From an uncultured virus (IMG/VR IMGVR_UViG_3300042141_000203) (lineage: Duplodnaviria; Heunggongvirae; Uroviricota; Caudoviricetes), in the IMG/VR virus record IMGVR_UViG_3300042141_000203: a stretch of DNA of 64,000 bases; one strand, written 5' to 3'. Both the position numbers and the translations under genes were made by a program. Numbering within the stretch: the first letter of the stretch is position 1; the number at the start of each line of letters is the position of its first letter. The notes under the pieces are model-generated. The model did no database searches, was not told the DNA's origin, and saw only the letters and a program-made list of their open reading frames with translations. This document shows positions 56,715 through 64,000 of the stretch, piece after piece.

Positions 56715-56725
56715 AAGGAGCAAGC

Positions 56726-57043
56726 ATGGCTGACGGCAAAGGATGCAAGTGTGCGGCCCATTCGGAATCCGAGTGCGGCTGCGATGCCGATTGGACGCCG
56801 CAAGAGGTGTACGACCTGCGGGCCGAAAATGAGCGGCTCAAAAAAGCCATTCGCCGCATAGCAGAGCAGGACGCCACGCTGTCGGTATGCGACGGCAACG
56901 TGACAGTGACCATGGACGCCACGCTCACCGACGAGGAGCGGGAGGCGATTGCCTACGCTGCAAAAATAGTGCGGCTTTCTGGTAAAAAGGTAGACCGGAT
57001 GCGGTCGGATGTTATGGCGGCACTGCTCGCCAAATCTGAGTGA
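56726..57043 (+). CDS. Cassette-borne hypothetical protein (CxC motifs, LTDEER tail)
   Basis: AAGGAG RBS; lies between attC1 and attC2. Confidence 0.65.
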   Translation: MADGKGCKCAAHSESECGCDADWTPQEVYDLRAENERLKKAIRRIAEQDATLSVCDGNVTVTMDATLTDEEREAIAYAAKIVRLSGKKVDRMRSDVMAALLAKSE

Positions 57044-57129
57044 GAACACGGAAGATCAACGGCGGCCACGCGAGGACTCACCATGACACATGACGCTGAA
57101 GGGCCGTCCGTTGCATCGGCTGGTTCTAT
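57041..57129 (-). mobile_element. attC site 2, reverse orientation
   Basis: Minus strand: atagAAC-cagcc-gatGcaac-ggAcggcc...ggccgcc-gttgatc-ttccgt-GTTctca. Confidence 0.85.
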
Positions 57130-58183
57130 GCCGCTCACATTCGGGTCACTTTTCGCAGGCATTGGAGGCTTTGACCTTGGACTTGAACGCGCTGGGATGC
57201 GATGCGAATGGCAAGTCGAAATCGACCCATACGCCAGAGCCGTGCTCGCCAAGCACTGGCCCGACGTGCGCCGCTGGGAAGACGTGCGGACGTTCCCGCC
57301 GAAGGAAGGCGAGTGGGGCGTCGATGTCATCTGCGGCGGATTCCCCTGCCAAGACATCAGCGTTGCCGGAAAGGGTGCCGGCCTCGCCGGATCGAGGTCC
57401 GGTCTTTGGTACGAATACGCTCGGATCATTGGCGAGCTACGACCCCGCTACGTCATCGTGGAGAACGTCGCAGCTCTCCTTACTCGAGGGGCCGATGTTG
57501 TTCTCGGGACGCTGGCCTCGCTCGGGTATGACGCGGAATGGCACGTTATTCCAGCTTCAGCCGTTGGTGCGCCGCACCGACGGGACAGGCTCTGGATCAT
57601 TGCCTACGCCAACTGCGGACAAGTGCATCGGCTGCGAGCCGACCCCGGAGATGGCGGAGCGGTTCCGGCGCAAGGGCAGCAGCGGGAGTTTCGTCGAGGC
57701 GATGGCTGCGAAGATGTATCCGACACCATCGGCATCGCAGATGCCTTGCGAGGGGACGGTTCGGCTGGCTCGCCAGCGATGGCTGGACGGCGACTGCACG
57801 CTGGAGGAAGCCAACGCAATCGCGGGACGCGATGTGCGGGACAAGCAGGGCAAGGTGCCTGCGATGTGGCCGACGCCGAAGGCATCGGCCGCAGGGCCGG
57901 ACTTTGCCAAGACAACGCGGAGCAAGACGGGCATCAGCCTAGCGACGGCTGCGGCCATGTGGCCGACGCCGACCACGCAGGACGCATCGAACAACGGCGG
58001 CCCGAGCCAGTATCAGCGGAACAGCTTGCCGCTCAATGCGCCGGCTGGTGGAGCGTTGAACCCGACGTGGGTCGAGTGGCTCATGGGGTTCCCGCTCGGG
58101 TGGACCGTCTGCGATGCCTCGGGAACGCGGTCGTCCCGCAGATCGTCGAAGTCATCGGGCGAGCAATAGTTGAGGCGGCGTAA
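57083..58183 (+). CDS. C5 cytosine DNA methyltransferase (cassette-borne)
   Basis: SLFAGIGG, GGFPCQD, ENV, APHRRDR, LGNAV motifs. Confidence 0.92.
   Translation: MTHDAEGPSVASAGSMPLTFGSLFAGIGGFDLGLERAGMRCEWQVEIDPYARAVLAKHWPDVRRWEDVRTFPPKEGEWGVDVICGGFPCQDISVAGKGAGLAGSRSGLWYEYARIIGELRPRYVIVENVAALLTRGADVVLGTLASLGYDAEWHVIPASAVGAPHRRDRLWIIAYANCGQVHRLRADPGDGGAVPAQGQQREFRRGDGCEDVSDTIGIADALRGDGSAGSPAMAGRRLHAGGSQRNRGTRCAGQAGQGACDVADAEGIGRRAGLCQDNAEQDGHQPSDGCGHVADADHAGRIEQRRPEPVSAEQLAAQCAGWWSVEPDVGRVAHGVPARVDRLRCLGNAVVPQIVEVIGRAIVEAA
57090..58169 (+). CDS. Overlapping +1-frame ORF: putative second methyltransferase subunit (TRD repeats plus motif IX)
   Basis: Four xPTP repeats and LNPTWVEWLMGFPLGWT; true start unknown. 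Confidence 0.6.
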   Translation: MTLKGRPLHRLVLCRSHSGHFSQALEALTLDLNALGCDANGKSKSTHTPEPCSPSTGPTCAAGKTCGRSRRRKASGASMSSAADSPAKTSALPERVPASPDRGPVFGTNTLGSLASYDPATSSWRTSQLSLLEGPMLFSGRWPRSGMTRNGTLFQLQPLVRRTDGTGSGSLPTPTADKCIGCEPTPEMAERFRRKGSSGSFVEAMAAKMYPTPSASQMPCEGTVRLARQRWLDGDCTLEEANAIAGRDVRDKQGKVPAMWPTPKASAAGPDFAKTTRSKTGISLATAAAMWPTPTTQDASNNGGPSQYQRNSLPLNAPAGGALNPTWVEWLMGFPLGWTVCDASGTRSSRRSSKSSGEQ

Positions 58184-58304
58184 GGCATAGAACAAGAATT
58201 AGGCTGCGAACTGGCAGCCTAATTCGGCGGCGAGTGCGGTTATAGGCCGAGACGCAGCAGGCGGCCGGCGTTATCCGGCGAACACTGGACTAGGGGATTT
58301 TGAG

Positions 58305-58643
58305 ATGGGCCGCGCATCACGCGAGAAAGGCAAAAGAGGCGAGCGCGAGGCTGCGGCCGAATTGGGCGCGGCCCTTGGTGTCGCCGCGCGTCGTGGCGTC
58401 CAGTTTCACGGCGGCCCTGACTCGCCGGATGTGGTGATCGAGGCCGCGATCCACGTCGAGGCCAAGCGTGTTGAATCGCTGCAGCTCTACCCGGCCGTCG
58501 AGCAGGCGACGAGCGACGCGCCGCCTGGCAAGGTGCCGATCGTCTGGCACCGTCGAAACAACAAGCCGAGCGTGGTGATTGTGGAAACGTCGAGGCTCGT
58601 GGACCTGGCCCGCGCAATCGTGGCCGCGGCGGAGGGTCGCTAG
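58305..58643 (+). CDS. Holliday junction resolvase-like nuclease
   Basis: SREKGKRGEREAA...PDV...HVEAKR. Confidence 0.75.
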   Translation: MGRASREKGKRGEREAAAELGAALGVAARRGVQFHGGPDSPDVVIEAAIHVEAKRVESLQLYPAVEQATSDAPPGKVPIVWHRRNNKPSVVIVETSRLVDLARAIVAAAEGR

Positions 58644-60751
58644 TGGTCGCGAAATCGAAAGAGGCGATCGAGAACCGCCGCAAGGCGACGCTCGAGCGTG
58701 GCCGCGCGACGACGCGACTCGGCGCGGACATTGGGGCGATTCCAAAAACCGCGGTGCCGGACCGGCGCGACGCGTGCCGGCTCGACCTGGCGAAGTTCCT
58801 CGTGGAGTATTTCCCAAACTCCACCGGCCTCTCGCCATTCTCCGACGACCATCTGCGGGTGATCGGCAGGATTCAAGACTGCATCCTGCGCGGAGGCCGT
58901 TTCGTCAACGCGGTGTACCGCGGCTTCGCGAAATCGACGATCAGCGAAAACTCGCTCATTTGGGCGATGCTCTACGGGCATCGCCGATTCGGTGCGATCT
59001 TCGCGGCCGAGGCGGACCTGGCGGCGAAAGCCATCACGTCGATCAAGCTGGAGCTGGCCGAAAACGACCTGCTGTTTGAGGACTTTCCCGAGGTCTGCGT
59101 GCCTGTGCGGGCCCTGGAGGGAAAGCCGCAACGCTGCCTGTCGCAGACCTGCGGCGGCGAGCACACTCATATCCGCTGGAACGCCGATTCCATCGTCCTG
59201 CCGGCGATCAAGGGCTCGGCGAGTGCCGGGTCGATCATCTTCTCGCGCGGCCTCACGGGCTCGATCCTGGGACTGCGGCACAAGTCGCCGGACGGCACCC
59301 AACTGCGGCCGGACTTCGTGATCGTGGACGATCCGCAGACGCGGGAAAGCGCGGCCTCCACGGTGCAGGTGCAGAAGCGGCTCGAAATACTTTCCAAGAG
59401 CGTGATGAAGCTCGCCGGGCACACGAAAAGCATCGCGTGCGTGGTCAATGCGACGGTGATCCAGGTCGACGATATGGTCGACCAGCTTCTCGACCCGCGG
59501 AAATACCCGGCCTACCAGGGCGAGCGTATTCCGATGGTCCGCTCGTGGTCCAAGGGTCACGAAGAACTGTGGCTCGGCAAGTATCGCGACCTACGCAACA
59601 CGTTCGACAAGGACAAGGTGGGCGACCAGGCCCGTGCCCATCGCGAGGCCAATGAGTTCTACTTGGCGAATCGCGTGGCGATGGACGAGGATTGTGCGGT
59701 GTCGTGGGCGAGCTGCTTCGACCCCGACGCGGAACACTCCGCGATCCAGCACGCGTACAACGCGCTGATCGACGACGGCGAGGACGTGTTCGCGAGCGAG
59801 TTCCAGCAAAAGCCGCTCGCCAACGAGGCGAAGTCGGCGGCCCTTGCCGGCGAGGACGTTCGCAGCCGCGCCGTGAACGTGCCGCGGTGGATCGTGCCGG
59901 CCGGACTCGACACGCTCACTGCCTTCGTGGACGTGCAGGAAAAGCTCCTCTACTGGTCGATCGTCGCCTGGGGTCACCAGCTCCGCGGCCACGTCGTCGC
60001 CTACGGCACCTACCCGGAGCAATCGCGCGCGTACTTCACGCTCCGCGACGCCCGTAAGACGCTGGTGGCGGCTGCTGGCGGGGCCGGCCTGGAGGCGGCG
60101 ATCCATGCCGGGCTCGAGCGGGTGGCTATCGAAATACTCGACCGCGAGTTTTCTCGCGAAACGGACGATGCGGTACTCCGGGTCGCGCAAATGTTCGTCG
60201 ATGCCAACTGGGCACAGACGGCCGGCGTGGTCCGCGACTTCGCCAGGCGGTCACAGTGGGGGCCGCGCGTGATCCCGACGCACGGGCGATTCGTGGGTGC
60301 GTCCGGCTCGACCCTCTCGGACAAGCGGCCTGACCGCGGCGAGCGAGTTGGGGCAAACTGGCGAACGAGCACGATCTTGAAGCAGCGGCACGTCTTGTAC
60401 GACACGAACGCGTGGAAGTCGTTTTTCGCCGCGCGGATGAAGCTGCCGGCGAGCGATCCGCAGGCCTTCACGATTCACGCCGGCAATCACGAGCTGCTGG
60501 CCGAGCACCTGACGAGCGAGTATCCGACTCGCGTGGAGGCTCGTGGCCGCGTCGTGGACGAGTGGCGGATGATCCCAGGCCGCGATAACCACTGGCTCGA
60601 TTGCGTGGTCGGCGCGGCCGTGGCCGCCTCGTTCACTGGCATTTCGGCCGTCGGTGCCGAGGCGCGGCCGCTGGCGACAGTGCGGCGGTCGATCTCGAAG
60701 GAGCAGATGGCGGCGAAGCGCGCCGAGCTTTTGGCCCGTTTAGGCCGCTAA
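58643..60751 (+). CDS. Terminase large subunit (GpA-like nuclease domain)
   Basis: RGFAKS Walker A, VIVDD Walker B, LTAFVDVQ..LYW...AW, DNHWLDC. Confidence 0.9.
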   Translation: MVAKSKEAIENRRKATLERGRATTRLGADIGAIPKTAVPDRRDACRLDLAKFLVEYFPNSTGLSPFSDDHLRVIGRIQDCILRGGRFVNAVYRGFAKSTISENSLIWAMLYGHRRFGAIFAAEADLAAKAITSIKLELAENDLLFEDFPEVCVPVRALEGKPQRCLSQTCGGEHTHIRWNADSIVLPAIKGSASAGSIIFSRGLTGSILGLRHKSPDGTQLRPDFVIVDDPQTRESAASTVQVQKRLEILSKSVMKLAGHTKSIACVVNATVIQVDDMVDQLLDPRKYPAYQGERIPMVRSWSKGHEELWLGKYRDLRNTFDKDKVGDQARAHREANEFYLANRVAMDEDCAVSWASCFDPDAEHSAIQHAYNALIDDGEDVFASEFQQKPLANEAKSAALAGEDVRSRAVNVPRWIVPAGLDTLTAFVDVQEKLLYWSIVAWGHQLRGHVVAYGTYPEQSRAYFTLRDARKTLVAAAGGAGLEAAIHAGLERVAIEILDREFSRETDDAVLRVAQMFVDANWAQTAGVVRDFARRSQWGPRVIPTHGRFVGASGSTLSDKRPDRGERVGANWRTSTILKQRHVLYDTNAWKSFFAARMKLPASDPQAFTIHAGNHELLAEHLTSEYPTRVEARGRVVDEWRMIPGRDNHWLDCVVGAAVAASFTGISAVGAEARPLATVRRSISKEQMAAKRAELLARLGR

Positions 60752-60813
60752 AGGCGAGGTGGACAATGGTACACTAACGGGTAGGCTTGCTGCTGACCCG
60801 TTAGAGGTGCCCA

Positions 60814-61032
60814 TTGGCAGACAACCAGGACGTGCTCGACGCCATCGCTGCAAATCTCGCGCAGCCGCGTCGTGCGCGGACGGACGCCGGCGAGGTTGAG
60901 CAACACGAGCTGCACCGCCAGGTCGAGGCTGCCAAGTTCGTGATGGGGCAGCGGGCCAACGCCAACGCCGCCAAGTCGCCGTGGCTGTCGATGCGGTTCG
61001 CCCGCCAAGAGTCTCCGGGGGCGATCGGCTGA
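60814..61032 (+). CDS. Small head-tail joining (gpW-like position) protein
   Basis: Between terminase and portal; GAGG RBS, TTG start. Confidence 0.55.
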   Translation: MADNQDVLDAIAANLAQPRRARTDAGEVEQHELHRQVEAAKFVMGQRANANAAKSPWLSMRFARQESPGAIG

Positions 61033-62798
61033 TGCCACGATCCACCCGAAAAACCGAAACCAAGGCCGAATTGCAGGCCACGGTCGCGAAGCAGAAGGTC
61101 GCGATCCAGACCATGCTCCGTGCCCGCTACGACGCGGCGCAGACGACGAACCTCAACCAGCGGCATTGGTCGATGGCGGATTACTACTCCGCCGACGCGG
61201 CTCTCGCCCCTGACGTGCGGCGGAAGATGCGGGCCCGCGCCCGCTACGAAATCGCCAACAACTCCTACGCGGCCGGCATGGCATCGACGTGGGCGAACGA
61301 CCTGGTGGGCACTGGCCCGCGGCTGCAGCTCGACCTAGGGCCGGACGCCGACCCGAATCGCGTCCGCCGCGTGGAGCTGGCGGTCTACGATTGGATGGTC
61401 GACATTGACCTGGCCCGAAAGCTGCGAATCTCCAAGATCGCCAAGTTTTCCGACGGCGAGGCCTTCGGCCTGTTGACGACGAACCGCCGCCTCCGCGGCG
61501 TGCAGCTCGACTTGAAGCTCGTCGAGGCCGATCAGATCGTCGACCCGCAGGGAGTTCCCAATCCCGGCGAGGTCGATGGCGTTCGTTTCGACACCGACGG
61601 CAACGTCACTGACTTCTGGATTACTCGGCATCATCCCGGCAGCCTACTCCCAGGCTGGTCCCTGGATGGCCGCTGGGAGAGTGCCGAGAACGTCCTGCAC
61701 TGGTTCCACGCGACGCGGCCCGGCCAGCATCGCGGCGTCGGCGAGATCGTCCCGGCCCTCGAGCTGTTCGCGATGCTCCGCCGCTACACGTTGGCGGTCG
61801 TGACCGCGGCGGAAACGGCGGCCGACTTCGCGGCGATCCTCAAGACGACGATGCCGGCCGACGGGGCCGGTGCCGCCGGCATCGACGCGTGGGAAACCAT
61901 GCCGATCGTCCGCGGCATGATGATGAGCGCACCGGAAGGCTGGGAGCCATACCAGCTCAAGCCCGAGCAACCGACGGGCACCTACGACTCGTTCGTGCGG
62001 CGGATTCTCAACGAAATCGCCCGTGCGGTGAATATGCCGTACATCGTCGCGGCGATGGATTCGTCGAGCGCGAATTACTCGTCGATGCGCGGCGACTACC
62101 TCGTCTACCGCAAGCACCAGGCGACCGAACGCGGCGACCTGGAGCGGGTGATGCTGGACCCCCTGCTGGCGAAGTGGCTCGACGAGGCGGCATTGGTGCC
62201 GGGCCTTCTGCCCGACGGCCTGCCGCCGGTGGCCGAGTGGAATTGGACGTGGACGTGGGACGGCCACGAGCACGTCGATCCGACGAAGGAGTCGGAAGCC
62301 GAGGCGATGCAGCTCGAAACAAACACGGCGACGCTCGCGGAGATTTGCGCGAAGCGCGGCCGCGATTGGCGTGTGGTCCTGCGGCAGCGTGCGGCCGAGC
62401 GGCAACTGGCCCGCGACCTGGGCCTGACGGCCGAGCCCGCCCCGGTGGCCGCGGAGGACGAGGACGTAGACCTGGAGGCCGCCGACGGCTATCGCCCGCC
62501 CCAGGCGGCTCGTGCCGCAGCTCGCCGCGGGCTCGACCTGCGGAGCGAGTACGGCCGCGGCGGGACTGCGGTGGGCATCGCGCGGGCTCGTGATATTGCC
62601 AACGGCCGGGCCCTCTCCATCGACACTATCGGCCGCATGGTGTCGTTCTTCGCCCGGCACGCGGCCTACAAGAAAAACCACACGGTCGACCCGCCCTCCA
62701 ACTCGTACATCTCGTGGCTCCTGTGGGGCGGTGACGCTGGCCGAGAGTGGGCGGAGCGTACCTGGAAGCGTGAGCAAGAAGCTGCGGAGGCAACATGA
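61032..62798 (+). CDS. Portal protein, lambda family, with extra C-terminal domain
   Basis: RARARYE..NNSYA, RPGQHRG, NYSSMR, HVDPTKE; C-terminal FFARH...WLLWGG domain. Confidence 0.9.
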   Translation: MPRSTRKTETKAELQATVAKQKVAIQTMLRARYDAAQTTNLNQRHWSMADYYSADAALAPDVRRKMRARARYEIANNSYAAGMASTWANDLVGTGPRLQLDLGPDADPNRVRRVELAVYDWMVDIDLARKLRISKIAKFSDGEAFGLLTTNRRLRGVQLDLKLVEADQIVDPQGVPNPGEVDGVRFDTDGNVTDFWITRHHPGSLLPGWSLDGRWESAENVLHWFHATRPGQHRGVGEIVPALELFAMLRRYTLAVVTAAETAADFAAILKTTMPADGAGAAGIDAWETMPIVRGMMMSAPEGWEPYQLKPEQPTGTYDSFVRRILNEIARAVNMPYIVAAMDSSSANYSSMRGDYLVYRKHQATERGDLERVMLDPLLAKWLDEAALVPGLLPDGLPPVAEWNWTWTWDGHEHVDPTKESEAEAMQLETNTATLAEICAKRGRDWRVVLRQRAAERQLARDLGLTAEPAPVAAEDEDVDLEAADGYRPPQAARAAARRGLDLRSEYGRGGTAVGIARARDIANGRALSIDTIGRMVSFFARHAAYKKNHTVDPPSNSYISWLLWGGDAGREWAERTWKREQEAAEAT

Positions 62799-64000
62799 AC
62801 GCGATGAACTTTTCCGCCGACTTCCGCCTCAAGGCCGCCGAAGGCGATGCCCCGTCGAATCCGACGTTTGAGATCACGGCCTACACGGGCCGGGCGATCC
62901 GGCAGTCGTGGTCCCGCAATCCGCTGGTCGTCGACCTGGCCGGCATGGACACGACCCGGCAGGCCATCCCGATCCTGTGGGGCCACGAGGCCAGCCTGGA
63001 TTCGCTGCTTGGGCAGTCCACCATCGTCGCCAACGACGGCGAGCAGATCACGCTCGCCGGCGAGTTGATCGGCGAGGGTCCGCTGGCCGACCGGGTTATT
63101 TCGCTCGCCAAGAAGGGCCTGCGGCTGCAGGCGTCGATCGGGGCCGACACCGGCCGCATCGAGAACGTGGCCCCCGGCGAGTCGGTCCAGGTCAACGGCC
63201 GCGAGTTCACCGGCCCTATTTCCGTTGTGCGGGCGAGTTCGCTCCGCGAGGTTTCGATTGTTCTGTTCGGTGCGGATGCCGCAACATCCGCCGCTATCGC
63301 CGCGGAGGCGAATGGGGATTTTTCCATGGCGGATAACGCCACCGAAACGCCCGTCGAGGCCGCCGTGCCGCAGACGGAAGCCCCGGCGATCGTCGCCGTG
63401 GAGAACCAGGCCCCGGCCGTCGAGGCCGTGGAGGAGAAGTCGATGGACGAGATCAAGGCGGAGATCGCCGGCGAGATCAAGGCGGAGCTGCTGCGGGACA
63501 TTCGTTCCAGCCGCGTCGCCGCTCCTGCGATCCATGTGGTCGAGAAGGTCGACGGCCCCGCGGTCGTCGAGGCGAGCCTGTGCCTCGCCGGTGGCCTTCC
63601 CGACGTGGAGAGGCGGTTCGACGCCCGCGTCCTCGAGGCCGCTGGCAAGAACCGGGGCGTGTCGCTGGGTGAAACGCTGCTGCAGGCCGCGCGTGCCAAT
63701 GGGTACGACGGCGGCAGCAACAAGATCACGCACGCCAACCTGCGGACGATCATGGCCGCCGCGTTCGCGACGCACACGATCAGCAACGTCCTTGCCGCGA
63801 CCTACGGCAAGTTCCTGCTGGCCGGGTTCAACGCGGTCGAGTCGGTGTGGGACCGCATCGCGTCGGTCCGCTCGGTGTCGGACTTCAAGACCGTCACCGG
63901 CGTTCGCCTCAACGGCGGTTTCGAGTTCGAGGAGGTCGGCAACGGCGGCGAGCTGAAGTCGGCTGACGCGAGCGACGAGACTCGCACGATCAAGGCCAAG
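62795..64000 (+). CDS. Prohead protease-major capsid (Mu gpT-like) fusion, 3' truncated
   Basis: Own translation from ATG 62795: AYTG, PILWGH, QASIGA, LREVSIV.FGAD, then SVSDFKT...EEVGNGGELK; open to window end. Confidence 0.85.
   Translation, partial: MNAMNFSADFRLKAAEGDAPSNPTFEITAYTGRAIRQSWSRNPLVVDLAGMDTTRQAIPILWGHEASLDSLLGQSTIVANDGEQITLAGELIGEGPLADRVISLAKKGLRLQASIGADTGRIENVAPGESVQVNGREFTGPISVVRASSLREVSIVLFGADAATSAAIAAEANGDFSMADNATETPVEAAVPQTEAPAIVAVENQAPAVEAVEEKSMDEIKAEIAGEIKAELLRDIRSSRVAAPAIHVVEKVDGPAVVEASLCLAGGLPDVERRFDARVLEAAGKNRGVSLGETLLQAARANGYDGGSNKITHANLRTIMAAAFATHTISNVLAATYGKFLLAGFNAVESVWDRIASVRSVSDFKTVTGVRLNGGFEFEEVGNGGELKSADASDETRTIKAK

Larger units (their letters stand above)
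23900..64000. mobile_element. Phage segment B: near-complete circularly permuted temperate phage
   Basis: Tail, accessory region, integrase/attP, replication, terminase, portal, capsid; starts just downstream of where its own head genes would lie. Confidence 0.85.

Noticed and set aside
58186..58245. Third canonical attC
   Set aside because: AAC and GTT are present but L-box spacing and extrahelical bases do not fit; treated as a landing site instead.
1..64000. Alternative genetic code / stop codon reassignment
   Set aside because: Genes are intact and tightly coupled under the standard code; TAG, TGA and TAA all act as stops.
1..64000. Tandem prophages in a host chromosome or a single phage with two virion modules
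   Set aside because: No host genes or att junction at 23.9 kb, B's attP is internal and intact, and the AGCT signature changes abruptly; needs read evidence to revive.

Overview
The window is entirely tailed-phage (Caudoviricetes) DNA. The host is inferred to be a planctomycete, from the CsrA gene, Cys-rich/autotransporter-repeat tail proteins and the attC style. It appears to be two different genomes joined at about 23.83-23.93 kb. Segment A (1 to about 23.9 kb) is the late region of an HK97-type siphovirus: protease fusion, a toxin/immunity-like pair, capsid, neck, tail, a 1453-aa tape-measure-like protein, nucleotide genes and fibres. I found no AGCT site in segment A by eye. Segment B (about 23.9 kb to the end) is a nearly complete, circularly permuted temperate phage: glycosylation cassette, tail, lysis-like cluster, leftward accessory/anti-restriction region, tyrosine integrase with a tRNA-Arg attP, replication genes, methyltransferases, terminase, lambda-type portal and protease-capsid fusion. 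The most notable features are: (1) two integron-type gene cassettes with canonical attC sites, inverted relative to their genes, stacked in the phage with no IntI, one carrying a two-frame C5 methyltransferase; (2) an accessory regulon with five 16-bp operators (four embedded in sigma70-type promoters), two paralogous HTH proteins and a 16-nt translation leader repeated before ten genes, next to a possible cos end; (3) LexA-box-like palindromes before late operons plus a stand-alone LexA DNA-binding domain. All calls come from motif recognition by eye; no searches were run.
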